Shown: piece by piece, positions 8,248 to 19,409 of the stretch
Numbering within the stretch: the first letter of the stretch is position 1
Layout of the letters: each line of letters opens with the position of its first letter
Assembly (NCBI GenBank): GCA_041649295.1
Contig: JBAZNI010000001.1
Coordinates: forward strand, 76,720 to 140,719
Origin: Candidatus Pacearchaeota archaeon
GTDB taxonomy: Archaea > Nanobdellota > Nanobdellia > Pacearchaeales > GW2011-AR1
DNA: 64,000 nucleotides
Direction of reading: 5' to 3'
Notes under the pieces: model-generated
Databases searched by the model: none
The model's input: the letters and a program-made list of their open reading frames with translations, nothing else
Told to the model about the DNA's origin: nothing
Position numbers and translations under genes: made by a program

Positions 8248-10644
8248 ATGAATAAAAAAAAGAGGGTGGCTGGCAACAGCAATAAAACAATTGCAGGGCT
8301 TTGCATTGTTGCTTTTACATTAATACTTACTTTTATTTTATTAATTGGATTGACAATCGAGAATAATAACGCCTCAACCGAAGTATTAGAATCACCTATG
8401 GATGATTCCCTTGAACTATTCCTCCCATTTAACGGGAATGTAACAGATATCTCTGGAAATAATTATGCAGGAACACCCTTAAATGTAAACTATGATGTAA
8501 ATGGAAAAACAGGGCTTGCAATTTCTACTCCAGGCAATAAAAATGGAAGCATTGCTTTTGGGGATATTTTAGATATGGGAAGAGAAGATTTTACAATAAG
8601 TTTTTGGATTAAAAATTTTAATGGAGAGGTAAATCATTTTGTTCTTTCAAAAGGTGAAGCAAATAATAATGGAAAAGTTGGCTATGATATAAGGGGAAAC
8701 GGCAATGGGGGATTAGTTATGTATTTGCAAGATGGCGAAGTTAAAAAATCAGTTGCTATCAAAAATATAGGAAATAATAAAAAAGATTATTGGACTCATA
8801 TTACATTTGTTGTAGATAGAAGCAACGGGGTTATGAGTTCTTATGTTGATGGAACCCTAAATTCTTCAGTAAATATAGACTCAATTACAAGAGCAATAGA
8901 TAATAATTTTGGATTTATGGTTGGCTGTGCTGATTGGAATGCTAATCATATGTCATGTGATAATCCTACGAACACTTCAATGGCATTAGACAATTTAAGA
9001 ATTTATTCAGTTGCTCTTACACCTACTCAAGTTAAAGAAATTCAAAATCAAACTAATACTGTTCTTTACTATAGTCTTAATGGGGGAACTGGTTGTGGAA
9101 CAGGGATAACTTGCGATAGGTCTGGCAATAATCATCATGGGGAGCTTAACGGACCATCTCTTGTTACTACCAGTTCTGGGAAAGGCTATAAATTTGATGG
9201 GGTTAATGATTATATAAAAATAAACGATAATAATGATGGAGATTTAAGAGACATATTTACTATTCTTATTAAAATGAATGTCTCTGCAGATGATAGAACA
9301 GAAGAAGGAAGTACTATTTATAGTGATACTAATGATATTAAAACAGGAACTTCTTTAATTTATTACAATCATACAAAGAATGTTTCATTTTATCATAATA
9401 ACGGAACAGCTTTTTTTAAGACTTCAATCATATCAGAAACTTATCCTAAAAATGTTGCAGCTGTATTTAGAAGAGGGAATATTTCACTTTATGTTGATGG
9501 AAAATGGAGTTCTTCAACTGCTAAAGGAATTAATGTTTTAAAAAATCCTACAATCAGGAGAATTAGTAAGGGAGACCTTGGACCAAATAATTGGTTTAAA
9601 GGAATTATAGACGAATTTATTATCTACTCTTCTGTATTCCCTGTTAAATCCTATTTTAGTGGAACAACATGTGCACCTTTATGTCCTGCAGGTTATTGTG
9701 GAAGCGATGGTTGTGGGGGCATATGTACTTGTGCTTCTGGCACTTGTGAAGATGAACAATGTGTAGATGTTACTTGTGTAGACAGCGATGATGGAGAATC
9801 TCCTCATGGATACTATTTAGCAGGCGAGGTGGATTATAAGCATAAAGGAACTGCATATAATTATGAAGATAAATGTATAAACAGCACCAACTTGTTTGAA
9901 TGGAGTTGTTCTGGAAATGATGGAACAAACGCAACATATCAATGTCCAGAAGGATGTTCTGCTAATGCTTGCCAAGGCAGTCCTGTAGAATCGTGTGACG
10001 ATGATGAAACTGGAAAGAGTGCTTCTATTTTTGGGACAGTTGTTTATGCTCTTGATGATGAAGAAGAGGAATTCGAAGATACCTGCATTAATGCAAATTC
10101 TGTAAAAGAATGGTTCTGTGACGGAGATAGCGTTGACAGCACTACTTTAACATGCGCAAGTGGAACAAAGTGCAGTAGTGGAGCATGCAGGGGAAGTGCA
10201 AATCTTGAATGTGAAACAGATGATGATTGCGATAGCGGAGAAGAATGCAGTTCTTCAGGAGTTTGTGTGGACGCATCAGGAGAATGCACATCAGGAGAGG
10301 ATAAGTGTGAAGGTGTTGTTTTCTTTGAATGTGTAAATGAACAATGGATAGAAATAGGAGAAGATACAGATGAATGTGGGGTGCCTGTTGCTTGTGAAAC
10401 AGATGAAGACTGCACTGATAAAGATAACGGAGAATGTAAAGATGGCGCTTGTGTTTATCCTGATGGAGGAAATGGCTGGGTTTTTGTTGTCCTTATAATA
10501 TTGGGTATATTAATACTTGCAATAATTGGATTTATAATTTATTTTGTTATTAAAAATCAAAATGAGCAGAGGAATAAGCACAATCCTGCATCAAGTGCAA
10601 CCCCGCAATTTTTGAGGCCTGCAACACCAAGAAGTTTTTCTTAA
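8248..10644 (+). CDS. Large surface protein: N-terminal TM, LamG/concanavalin-like domain, acidic Cys-rich repeats, C-terminal TM anchor
   Basis: FTISFWIKNF...HFVLSKG LamG-like block; repeated CxxDDDC...GxC modules; C-terminal hydrophobic anchor VFVVLIILGILILAIIGFIIYFVI. Confidence 0.55.
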   Translation: MNKKKRVAGNSNKTIAGLCIVAFTLILTFILLIGLTIENNNASTEVLESPMDDSLELFLPFNGNVTDISGNNYAGTPLNVNYDVNGKTGLAISTPGNKNGSIAFGDILDMGREDFTISFWIKNFNGEVNHFVLSKGEANNNGKVGYDIRGNGNGGLVMYLQDGEVKKSVAIKNIGNNKKDYWTHITFVVDRSNGVMSSYVDGTLNSSVNIDSITRAIDNNFGFMVGCADWNANHMSCDNPTNTSMALDNLRIYSVALTPTQVKEIQNQTNTVLYYSLNGGTGCGTGITCDRSGNNHHGELNGPSLVTTSSGKGYKFDGVNDYIKINDNNDGDLRDIFTILIKMNVSADDRTEEGSTIYSDTNDIKTGTSLIYYNHTKNVSFYHNNGTAFFKTSIISETYPKNVAAVFRRGNISLYVDGKWSSSTAKGINVLKNPTIRRISKGDLGPNNWFKGIIDEFIIYSSVFPVKSYFSGTTCAPLCPAGYCGSDGCGGICTCASGTCEDEQCVDVTCVDSDDGESPHGYYLAGEVDYKHKGTAYNYEDKCINSTNLFEWSCSGNDGTNATYQCPEGCSANACQGSPVESCDDDETGKSASIFGTVVYALDDEEEEFEDTCINANSVKEWFCDGDSVDSTTLTCASGTKCSSGACRGSANLECETDDDCDSGEECSSSGVCVDASGECTSGEDKCEGVVFFECVNEQWIEIGEDTDECGVPVACETDEDCTDKDNGECKDGACVYPDGGNGWVFVVLIILGILILAIIGFIIYFVIKNQNEQRNKHNPASSATPQFLRPATPRSFS

Positions 10645-12935
10645 TTTTCCTTGTTTTTTCCAGAACACTCATTATTAAAGCAAAATATCCACGGCTTCTT
10701 TCCACTTTTTATTGACATCAACATTGGCCAGCTACAATATTCACAAACTTTATCTGTTTTTTTAATTAATGAGTTAGGAGGAAGGGAATATGTTGTTTTG
10801 CATTCTGGATAAGAATCACAGGCTATAAAATACCTTCTTGAAGCTCTGTTATATTTTATTATTAACTTCCCCTTATTGCAAACAGGACATATCATTATTT
10901 CATTTTCTTTTTTTTGCTCTTCCCAAAGTTCTGTTGTTGCTTTGATTAAGTCTTTTCCAATATCTAATTTGTTTTTTTCAAAATGCTCTCCAATTTTTAC
11001 AACAACTTTTTTTGTTTCTTCAAGTATTTGCTTTTCTTTTTCTTCTGGTTTTTTTGAGCTTCTTATACTGTCCAAATCTCTTTCCATGTTGGTGGTAAGT
11101 GATTCATCAATTATTATAGGGCAGTTTTTTTCAAGAGTTTCAATTAGTGAGATTCCAAGGCTTGTTGCTTTTAAGCTTTTATCTTTTATATATCCCCTGT
11201 TATAAAGTGTTTCAAGAATAGATGCTCTTGTTGCTTTTGTCCCAAGATTTTTTCTTTCAAGTTCTGAGATTATTGATGCAGGAGAATATCTTTTAGGAGG
11301 CTGTGTTTCTTTTTCTTCAATTTTAACTTTAAGTATTTCTGCTTCCCCATTAATATCTGGGATTATGTGCTCTTCATAAGAAGAAGGGTATACATCCAAC
11401 CACCCTTTTTTGATTATTTCTGAACCTTTCGCATCAAACTTTAATCCTTCTGTTTGAAAGTCAATTTTTTTATTACTTAACACTGCATCTTCACAAAAAC
11501 AACCTATAAATCTTTTTACTATTAACTCATATATTTTTCTATCTTCATCTTCTAATTCATGGAATTCTCCTGTAGGATATATTGATGGATGTGCAGGATC
11601 TGTTTTTCTTCCTTCTATAGGAATTGTTCTTTTTGCGAACTTTGCAAAATTAAATCTTTCTTCTAACCTTTTTAATAATTTAGGATACCCTATTTCTTTT
11701 GGAATTTTCTGGCTGTTTGTTCTGGGGTAGGAGATAATTCCTGCAAGATATAATTTTTGTGCTATCTCAAGTGTTTTAGCCGGAGTGATTTTAAACCATC
11801 TGTAAGCTTCTGTTTGCAGTGCAGTTAAGTCAAAAGGGGGTTGAGGTTGTATTTTTCTTTCTGAAGTTGTAGTTTTTGCAATTCCTGTTTTTCCATTTAA
11901 TTCTTTAAATTTTTCAAGCTCTTTTTCTTTTTTTATATCTTTAACATACTTTACTTCTGCTTTTTCTTTTTTATTAGTTATATCCAGTAAAACCTGCCAG
12001 TACTTTTCAGGTTTGAATTTTCCTATTTCATGCTCTTTTTTTACTATAAGGTTTAATGCCGGACCTTGCACTCTGCCTATTGACATAAGCCTGAAATTTC
12101 CAGCTGATTTAATTGCATCCATTAATGCCCTTGATAAATTTATTCCATAAATCCAATCAATATAATGCCTTGTTTCTCCTGCAATTCCCTGATTCCAGTC
12201 AAGAGTTTTGCTTCTTTCATTAAATGCTTTTTGTATATCCTCTGCAGTTAGTGTTGAGAATTTCATTCTTTCAGCATCTTTCTGGTTGCAGATATATTTT
12301 ACAATATTCATTCCTATTACTTCTCCTTCTGTATCATAATCAGTTGCAACAACAATTTCAGAGGTATTTTTGCATAACTTTGCAATTGTATCATAATATT
12401 TTTTTGTAAAATCTTTTTTTCTTACAAGATAATTTGGAGCCCATGTAATCTCAAATGTAGGCCATTTATTTCTTGGATGAATCTGTGCAAGTGTAAATAA
12501 ATGCCCGACAGCACACACAACATTAATTTCTCTTTCATCACGATAAATGGTATAGTAGCTTACGCCCCCAACTGTATTTTTTTTAATTCCATTAATTGCA
12601 AGTGCATTTGCAAGCTTTAGCGCTGCTTGCGGTTTTTCAGTAATTATCATCATATGCCCGCTTTTTTTTAGAACTTTTGGCCCTGGAATCTTAAATTCTT
12701 CAGTCCAATATTTGTTTTTTCCATTTGATTCTTTCGTTGTCAGTTTTTTTGTTTTTTTGTTTTTTTGTTTTACATTTTCCATTTTTTCAATGGTAAATTC
12801 TTTTTTTTCTTTAACCGGGACATCCAAAGCTCTTGCTATGTCTCTTTCATCAATGGGAACAAAATTCTCCTTTATGTCTTTTTCACCCTGAAATTTAACA
12901 GGGTCATCTACTAGTTTTTTCTTTGTGACTGCCAT
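10641..12935 (-). CDS. topA: DNA topoisomerase I (type IA) with C-terminal zinc ribbons and Lys-rich N-terminal extension
   Basis: TOPRIM region, catalytic-Tyr region (GIISYPRTNS), C-terminal CPVCNKG...CDSYPECK zinc ribbons. Confidence 0.85.
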   Translation of the reverse strand: MAVTKKKLVDDPVKFQGEKDIKENFVPIDERDIARALDVPVKEKKEFTIEKMENVKQKNKKTKKLTTKESNGKNKYWTEEFKIPGPKVLKKSGHMMIITEKPQAALKLANALAINGIKKNTVGGVSYYTIYRDEREINVVCAVGHLFTLAQIHPRNKWPTFEITWAPNYLVRKKDFTKKYYDTIAKLCKNTSEIVVATDYDTEGEVIGMNIVKYICNQKDAERMKFSTLTAEDIQKAFNERSKTLDWNQGIAGETRHYIDWIYGINLSRALMDAIKSAGNFRLMSIGRVQGPALNLIVKKEHEIGKFKPEKYWQVLLDITNKKEKAEVKYVKDIKKEKELEKFKELNGKTGIAKTTTSERKIQPQPPFDLTALQTEAYRWFKITPAKTLEIAQKLYLAGIISYPRTNSQKIPKEIGYPKLLKRLEERFNFAKFAKRTIPIEGRKTDPAHPSIYPTGEFHELEDEDRKIYELIVKRFIGCFCEDAVLSNKKIDFQTEGLKFDAKGSEIIKKGWLDVYPSSYEEHIIPDINGEAEILKVKIEEKETQPPKRYSPASIISELERKNLGTKATRASILETLYNRGYIKDKSLKATSLGISLIETLEKNCPIIIDESLTTNMERDLDSIRSSKKPEEKEKQILEETKKVVVKIGEHFEKNKLDIGKDLIKATTELWEEQKKENEIMICPVCNKGKLIIKYNRASRRYFIACDSYPECKTTYSLPPNSLIKKTDKVCEYCSWPMLMSIKSGKKPWIFCFNNECSGKNKEN

Positions 12936-13084
12936 AACTTAACTTTAACTCTATTAACCTCTATTTATTAAGCTTATTATTTATTATATGCTTCTACAAC
13001 CTCGTTGCTTTAAGTTATTTATATAATTTGCTGTTAGTAGCAAATTGGCCTATTAAATGTTTCAAGAAATTTTATCTTTTCAAT

Positions 13085-13399
13085 TTATCTATCATCTGAA
13101 AGATATTTTCTGTTCACTGATTTAAATCTTTCAACTGCAATTACTACAGAATTAACTAATTCCTGAGGATATTTCAACCCAGAATAATCTCTTTTTAGTT
13201 GTTCTTCAAGTTCTCCCCGGCGTTTTTCGTAGTCAAGTAAATTCTTTTCTACTAAATCTCTTTTCATTTGTTCATTCATAGAATCAAAAAGGATCGCAGT
13301 AGTCCAATCTAGAGAACTTAATAAGTTAGCTACTTCGTTTCCAAAGTGCATTGCAACTTCCAATGGATTACAATTTGATCTAAGGGTTTTAAAGTCCAT
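13085..13399 (-). CDS. Hypothetical protein
   Basis: 104-aa ORF, helical/charged; no family. Confidence 0.35.
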   Translation of the reverse strand: MDFKTLRSNCNPLEVAMHFGNEVANLLSSLDWTTAILFDSMNEQMKRDLVEKNLLDYEKRRGELEEQLKRDYSGLKYPQELVNSVVIAVERFKSVNRKYLSDDR

Positions 13400-13491
13400 A
13401 CAATACTTATTAAATATAATATTTTTAAGCTTATCGGTAATTTTATGTATATATTGGTATAGGAGCTTAGAAGTCGGCTAATTTTTAAGAT

Positions 13492-14142
13492 CTAAACTTC
13501 AATAATCTTCCCCTGCCTGCCAACACTGATTACTCTTGTGCTACCTAATTTTTCTTCAATACCTGCAGCTTCGTGAACATGCGAGCATAAAGCAATGTCT
13601 GGCTTAAATGCCCTGATTGCTTTTTCAACTCCAGAGCTTCCCTTGAAAAATCTTGTGAACTTTTCAATTAAAGTATTTGATGGGTGAACATGAGTTACCA
13701 TTACTTTTATCTCAGAGTCTTTTACTTTTTCAAAGCCTTTTTTCAGCAGTTCATATAACTCAGATTCCTTCATTCTTGAAAAAGGCCCAATATTTGCTCC
13801 GCCTGCGCCAAAAATTCCCACATTATTAAGTTTGAAAGAATATCCGTGAATATTTTTTGTATTGCTGTATAGCTCACTTAAAAAATCAGCAGTTGCAAGT
13901 GTTTCGTGATTTCCAGGCACAAGCAAAACTTTCTTCCCTGCTTTTTCAAAAGGATTTATAAGATTTTTTTCAGAATTTTCAAAAAAAGTTAAATCTCCTG
14001 TTAGTATTACTAAATCCACCTTTTCTTTTTTTGCTTTTTCTGCAAGCCTTTTTGTTAGTTCTGCATCTCCATGTATATCCCCCACAGCTAAAATTTTTAG
14101 TTTTTTTCCTGAAGGTTTTTGTTTTTTTGACATATTTTTCAT
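13492..14142 (-). CDS. Calcineurin-like metallophosphoesterase
   Basis: GDIHGD, GDL, GNHE motifs in order. Confidence 0.8.
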   Translation of the reverse strand: MKNMSKKQKPSGKKLKILAVGDIHGDAELTKRLAEKAKKEKVDLVILTGDLTFFENSEKNLINPFEKAGKKVLLVPGNHETLATADFLSELYSNTKNIHGYSFKLNNVGIFGAGGANIGPFSRMKESELYELLKKGFEKVKDSEIKVMVTHVHPSNTLIEKFTRFFKGSSGVEKAIRAFKPDIALCSHVHEAAGIEEKLGSTRVISVGRQGKIIEV

Positions 14143-14270
14143 ACTTTTTTGACATATTTAAACTCTTTGTTAGTAGTAAATTTTAATTTAGAGTTTTTTT
14201 TTAAATTCCCGAAACATTTAAAAGCCACAGTTATATCCCGATATATAGATTAAATTATATACATTGTAAA

Positions 14271-14537
14271 ATGAAAGATAACTTTGATGTGTTTTTTAGA
14301 AGAAAGCCGGCAATGATGATGATTGCTCTTAGAAAGCTTTCAAGAGTCAGATACGGCTCTTTGCTCGCTAAAGAGGTTGATTGTACATATAGCCATGCAG
14401 TTAAGATTCTCCAGACATTGGAAAATCTTGGGCTCGTGACTTTTGAAAAAAAAGGCAGAATAAAGCTGATAAAACTTACAAAAAAAGGGCAGGAAGTTGC
14501 CGAAAATATTGCAGGAATTCAGCAGACTGTCGGTTAA
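14271..14537 (+). CDS. Winged-helix transcriptional regulator
   Basis: 88 aa, wHTH pattern (LAKEVDCTYSHAVKILQTLENLGLV). Confidence 0.5.
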   Translation: MKDNFDVFFRRKPAMMMIALRKLSRVRYGSLLAKEVDCTYSHAVKILQTLENLGLVTFEKKGRIKLIKLTKKGQEVAENIAGIQQTVG

Positions 14538-14608
14538 TTCTTTTTTATTTTTATTTGATTTTTATTATTTCATTAAGTTTATAAGTTATTTATTTCTATT
14601 AGGATAAT

Positions 14609-14798
14609 GGATCCGTAGCTCAGTCTGGTCAGAGCACTGGACTCTTAAATGTAAGGACCTAGAGAACATACTTGTTCTCTGGTTCAGAGAATCTTTGATT
14701 CTCTTGAAACCCAGGTTCCTTAGCACTCAACCTCCTAAGATAATAACTTAAGGGCAAGAGAAATCCAGGTGTCGAGGGTTCAAATCCCTTCGGGTCCA
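14609..14798 (+). tRNA. tRNA-Lys(CUU) with a 115-nt intron at canonical position 37/38
   Basis: Hand-folded: acceptor GGATCCG/CGGGTCC, D-arm GCTC..GAGC, anticodon stem CTGGA/TCCAG with loop CTCTTAA, T-arm GAGGG-TTCAAAT-CCCTT, discriminator A. Intron 14648-14762 contains two perfect hairpins. Confidence 0.7.
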
Positions 14799-14975
14799 TT
14801 TTTAATCTGGGATTTGAACAGGTTCAAATCAGTTTTATTTGCAAAAATAAAACTTACCAAGAAGTTTCTTCTTGAGTACCTTCGGGTCCATTTTTAATCT
14901 GGGATTTGAACAGGTTCAAATCAGTTTTATTTGCAAAAATAAAACTTACCAAGAAGTTTCTTCTTGAGTACCTTC
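14787..14975. repeat. Tandem 92-bp direct repeat (2 copies plus 5 nt), each starting with the last 12 nt of tRNA-Lys and containing three perfect hairpins
   Basis: Copies at 14787-14878 and 14879-14970 are identical. Hairpins: CTGgGATTTGAAC-AG-GTTCAAATCAG; TTTTATTT-GCAA-AAATAAAA; CAAGAAG-TTT-CTTCTTG. Confidence 0.85.
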
Positions 14976-15075
14976 AACCTTCAGGTTCATATTATATTCC
15001 TGCCAAGCATTCATAGAGTATATTTACATAAATCAAATTAGAAAGTCTTTTAAATAGACCACTACAAGATTTAAA

Positions 15076-15270
15076 ATGGAAAAAAGAAAAATAGCTATGG
15101 CAAAGTATGATGGTAATGGTAATCCTGTAAATGCCTGTTATGGAGTTTACAAAATCGCAGATATTGAAATTTTTAGACATTCGGGTTTTGTTGATGTTGA
15201 TGAAAATTTAGCAAGAAAAATTAGTGAAGATTTAGCTGAAAGAATAAAAAATGGCGCATTAAAATATTAA
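15076..15270 (+). CDS. Small hypothetical protein
   Basis: 64-aa ORF with plausible composition; no family. Confidence 0.25.
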   Translation: MEKRKIAMAKYDGNGNPVNACYGVYKIADIEIFRHSGFVDVDENLARKISEDLAERIKNGALKY

Positions 15271-15295
15271 GAATTGCATATATGCTCGCCTATTT

Positions 15296-15604
15296 TTATT
15301 TATACTCTCTCCAAGTATACTTGCATTTTGTGCATTTAAAGAAGCGAGTTTCAGCTTCATCTCCTGAACGTGTTTGAGATGTCCAGAAATAAGTCTCTTT
15401 ATTCTTGCATTTTGGGCAGTTGTTAATAATTATCGGAAAAATATCAGTTTCTTTTTCAGTTACAACCCCTATTTCCTTGCCTTCTTTTATTTTCTCATTT
15501 GATTCTATCTTAACTTTTGACTTAGAGATATATCCGCACCTGATACATCCAAAATTTTTCCTTTTCTCTTCCAATACACAACCACATTTTGGGCAAAAGT
15601 CCAT
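15296..15604 (-). CDS. tfs: Transcription factor S (TFS / RpoM-like)
   Basis: N-terminal CPKCGC...CIRCGY zinc ribbon and C-terminal CPKC...RSGDE...CTKC TFIIS-type ribbon with the acidic hairpin motif. Confidence 0.8.
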   Translation of the reverse strand: MDFCPKCGCVLEEKRKNFGCIRCGYISKSKVKIESNEKIKEGKEIGVVTEKETDIFPIIINNCPKCKNKETYFWTSQTRSGDEAETRFFKCTKCKYTWREYK

Positions 15605-15668
15605 TTTTACCTTTTTTTATTTTTTAATTTAGTATAAGCCCCTTTTAAACCTTTCTTTAGTGTTAAAC

Positions 15669-16280
15669 TTATTTACAAAATCCCCTTTCATTTTGGCTTC
15701 TGAAAGGTTCAAAAAATATAAGTTTTGCCCAGCCAATGTATGGAATTCTTACAACAGTTGCCTTTCCAATAATGCTGTTAGGATTAATATTTTTTTCAAA
15801 AGCAAATTGTTCATTCCCATTGATATTATTGTTGTCCCCTTTTGTCTGAATGGGATTAAAATCTATTATCCTGTGAATAACAGGTTTTGCTGTGCCATTG
15901 GCAACAAATATTATTGTATCCCCTAACTTTAACTTTTCTTCTTTAACACCCCTTATAAAAAATATGTCTCCTTTATTAAACCCATTTTTTAAATTAAACT
16001 CTTCAAAATTTTCTTTTTCAATTCCTTTTTCTTCATACCACTCCCTGTTTTTTTCCCACCAGTTTTCAAAATTGCCATCATGATACATACTGCACGATTC
16101 AACAATAACAATGGGAAGCGAGCTTCCTGTTGCAAAAGACAGCGCCGGAAAAATTATAAATTTAATCAGTACAAATACAATTATAAGAAATACTATCCAG
16201 CTTAACCAACTGTCATTATGCCATAAAAAATTCCAGAACTTTTTCCCTTTAGATAAAATATCTTTAACCTCTTTATTCAT
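15669..16280 (-). CDS. Signal peptidase I (archaeal Sec11/S26B type)
   Basis: N-terminal TM anchor, SCSMYH (SM box), KLGDTIIF box. Confidence 0.7.
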   Translation of the reverse strand: MNKEVKDILSKGKKFWNFLWHNDSWLSWIVFLIIVFVLIKFIIFPALSFATGSSLPIVIVESCSMYHDGNFENWWEKNREWYEEKGIEKENFEEFNLKNGFNKGDIFFIRGVKEEKLKLGDTIIFVANGTAKPVIHRIIDFNPIQTKGDNNNINGNEQFAFEKNINPNSIIGKATVVRIPYIGWAKLIFFEPFRSQNERGFCK

Positions 16281-16509
16281 CAGTTTTTTAAATAAACAGG
16301 ATATTTAAATGTTTTTTATTCTCTTAGGTGACTAAGACGCAACAATGTGTCATAATCGAAATATTTAAATAGTGTATATTTCTTGTGTATACATAGATAA
16401 TACACATAATGTGTATTTATCATAACCTCAACCCCCAATCCACGTCGGTTACGGCGTGGTATGCTAACAAAAAACAAAAAGAGTAAATAAAAATACAAAA
16501 TAAACAAAA

Positions 16510-16872
16510 ATGGATTTATTCGAAAACACAATTTTATGCAAGAACTGCAATGTAAAAATGCAGAAAATAAAATTTGAAAAAAATGGATTTTGCTTTAGGG
16601 CTGTTGAATGCTCAAAATGCCACAATAAAATCATTCACCCCGAAGACCAGCAGGAATATGAACACTTCCTAAGATTAAGGCACAAAAGATTTAATGTTAA
16701 ATTAAGAATTGTAGGAAATAGCTATACTGTTTCAATACCAAAAGAAATAGTCCATTTTATAAATGAACAAAATAAAGTAATGGATGAAATGGTAAGATTA
16801 AGTTTTGAAAGAATGGGAAAATTATCTTTAATGTTTAATGAGGAGGAAGAACAAGTAGAAAAAAATGACTAA
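16510..16872 (+). CDS. Zinc-ribbon plus AbrB/SpoVT-like swapped-hairpin protein
   Basis: CKNCN...CSKCHN ribbon followed by RIVGNSYTVSIPKEIV (AbrB-like); overlaps cdc48 start by 8 nt. Confidence 0.45.
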   Translation: MDLFENTILCKNCNVKMQKIKFEKNGFCFRAVECSKCHNKIIHPEDQQEYEHFLRLRHKRFNVKLRIVGNSYTVSIPKEIVHFINEQNKVMDEMVRLSFERMGKLSLMFNEEEEQVEKND

Positions 16873-19159
16873 TTCAATTGTAAGATTAAGAGTTGTAGAA
16901 GCTTCGCAAGATGATGCATATAAAGGCATTGCGAGAATTGATTATGATACCATAAAAAATTTGGGATTAAAAAGAGGAGATGTTGTTTTAATTAAAGGGG
17001 GCAGGGAAACAGTTGCAATTGTTGACCGTTCATATCCTGCAGATGTTGGAGAAGGCATAATAAGAATTGATGGGATAATAAGAAAAAATGCAAAAACCGG
17101 AGTTGGAGAAATAGTTGAGCTTTCAAAAGCAGAAGTAAAAGAAGCTAAAAAAATTACAATAGCCCCTGTCCAGGAGAATATTGTTGTTCAAGGAGACCCG
17201 GAAGTTTTTAGAAGAGGGTTATTGGGGAGGTCTGTTATTAAAGGAGATATACTGTCATTAGGAGGAGCGCAAAGAAGAAGAGATTTAATGTCCGAAGACT
17301 TTGGAGAATTTGGAGATGTGTTTGGGGATATCCTCGGGAACATGGGTTTTGGAAACATGGGTTTCAGCGGACTGCACCAAATAAAATTTGTGGTTGTGAA
17401 TACCTCGCCTGGAAAACCAGTAGTTATTACAGAGAATACAGATATTGCAGTTAATTCAAAAGCTGTTGAAATTGCAGAGGAAAAATTTATTGATGTAACT
17501 TATGAAGATGTAGGGGGTTTGACAGAAGAAGTGAAAAAAGTAAGAGAGATGATTGAGCTCCCTTTAAAACACCCAGAGATATTTGAAAGATTAGGAGTAG
17601 AACCGCCAAAAGGGGTTTTACTTCATGGTCCTCCAGGAACAGGAAAAACTTTACTGGCAAAAGCAGTTGCAAATGAATCAGAAGCTAATTTTATTTTACT
17701 TAATGGCCCAGAGGTAATGTCTAAATTTTACGGAGAAAGTGAGAAAAAAATAAGAGATATATTTAATGAAGCTGAAAAAACAGCTCCCACAATTATTTTT
17801 ATTGATGAAATCGATGCAATTGCCCCAAAAAGAGAAGATGTTCAGGGAGAGGTTGAGAGAAGAGTTGTTTCTCAATTATTAACAATGATGGATGGACTAA
17901 AAACAAGAGGCAGAGTTGTGGTTATTGGTGCAACAAACCGCCCAAATTCAATTGACCCTGCTCTTAGGAGACCTGGAAGATTTGACAGAGAAGTTTCAAT
18001 TAATGTTCCTGATAAAAAAGGGAGATTGTCAATATTAAAAATTCACACAAGAAATATGCCCCTAACTAAGGATGTAAATTTAGAAAGTTTAGCGTCAATA
18101 ACCCATGGATTTGTTGGTGCAGATATTGCATCTCTTGCAAAAGAGGCTGCTATGAATGTATTGAGAAGAGTTCTTCCTAAGATGGATTTAAAAGAAGATG
18201 AAGAAATACCTGCTGAAGTACTTAACCAGTTAGTAATCAGCGAAAAAGATTTTCAGGAGTCTCTGAAAGTTGTACGCCCAAGTGCTATGAGAGAAGTTTT
18301 AGTTGAAACTCCCAATGTTAGGTGGGAGGATGTTGGTGGTTTAGATAAAGTCAAACAAGAACTTAAAGAAGCTGTTGAGTGGCCAATGCAATATCCAGAA
18401 TCTTTTATAAGGTTAGGAATTCGTCCGCCAAGGGGGATTTTGCTTTACGGCCCACCAGGAACAGGAAAAACCTTACTGGCAAAAGCAGTTGCAAAAGAAT
18501 CTGAAGCAAATTTTATTCAAGTTAAAGGCCCAAGTTTATTATCGATGTGGGTGGGGAAAAGTGAAGAAGGCGTAAGAAAAATATTCGAGCGTGCTCGTCA
18601 AGTTTCTCCATGTGTAATTTTCTTTGATGAAATAGATTCACTTGCCCCAAGAAGAGGAATGGATTTGGGTGCTAAAGTTACTGAAAGAGTTTTAAATCAG
18701 CTGCTTGCTGAAATGGATGGGTTGGAAGATTTAAAAGAAGTCATTGTTATTGCTGCAACAAATCGTCCAGACATGCTAGATACCGCATTATTAAGGCCGG
18801 GAAGATTTGATAGAATATTATTAGTGCCAGGACCTACAGAAGAAGGAAGATTAGAGATATTAAAGGTTCATACTAAGAAAACTCCTCTTGCAAAAGATGT
18901 AAGTCTTCAGGAATTAGCTAAAAAAACAGAAGGATGCGTGGGAGCTGATTTAGAGAATTTAGTAAGAGAAGCAGCAATGTTAGCATTAAGGGAAAATAAA
19001 GATGCTAAACAGATTTCAAAATCGCACTTCCAAGAAGCTTTAAAAAAAGTGCGCCCGTCTGTAACTCAAAGGGATATGGAAACATATAACAAAATTGAAG
19101 AGAATTATCTGAAATCTGCAAAGTCAGCAATAGCAGGAAAGATGGAATATCTGGGTTAA
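16865..19159 (+). CDS. cdc48: Cdc48/VCP-like AAA+ ATPase (N-domain plus two AAA modules)
   Basis: Two Walker A GPPGTGKT, two Walker B, SRH regions, 764 aa. Confidence 0.9.
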   Translation: MTNSIVRLRVVEASQDDAYKGIARIDYDTIKNLGLKRGDVVLIKGGRETVAIVDRSYPADVGEGIIRIDGIIRKNAKTGVGEIVELSKAEVKEAKKITIAPVQENIVVQGDPEVFRRGLLGRSVIKGDILSLGGAQRRRDLMSEDFGEFGDVFGDILGNMGFGNMGFSGLHQIKFVVVNTSPGKPVVITENTDIAVNSKAVEIAEEKFIDVTYEDVGGLTEEVKKVREMIELPLKHPEIFERLGVEPPKGVLLHGPPGTGKTLLAKAVANESEANFILLNGPEVMSKFYGESEKKIRDIFNEAEKTAPTIIFIDEIDAIAPKREDVQGEVERRVVSQLLTMMDGLKTRGRVVVIGATNRPNSIDPALRRPGRFDREVSINVPDKKGRLSILKIHTRNMPLTKDVNLESLASITHGFVGADIASLAKEAAMNVLRRVLPKMDLKEDEEIPAEVLNQLVISEKDFQESLKVVRPSAMREVLVETPNVRWEDVGGLDKVKQELKEAVEWPMQYPESFIRLGIRPPRGILLYGPPGTGKTLLAKAVAKESEANFIQVKGPSLLSMWVGKSEEGVRKIFERARQVSPCVIFFDEIDSLAPRRGMDLGAKVTERVLNQLLAEMDGLEDLKEVIVIAATNRPDMLDTALLRPGRFDRILLVPGPTEEGRLEILKVHTKKTPLAKDVSLQELAKKTEGCVGADLENLVREAAMLALRENKDAKQISKSHFQEALKKVRPSVTQRDMETYNKIEENYLKSAKSAIAGKMEYLG

Positions 19160-19409
19160 TTTAGTTAATAATATCCCCTGCTTAATTTTACGCTATGAGT
19201 ACTGATACTAATTTTTAATATAATAAAATAATAATTTAAATAAAAATAAGTAACCACTAACAAAACATAAATTTAGGGAAAGATATATTACTAAAAATAA
19301 ACATTTTCCTATTAAGTTCCCCTCTGCTTACTTTTACATTTGATAGAGCGGGAATCTTTAGTTATTAATTAAAATAAAAATAGTATAACATCTGTCTTAC
19401 CAACCAACC

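Noticed and set aside
10044-10415. 123-aa minus-strand Ser-rich ORF
   Set aside because: Antisense to the Cys-rich repeat region of the large surface protein.
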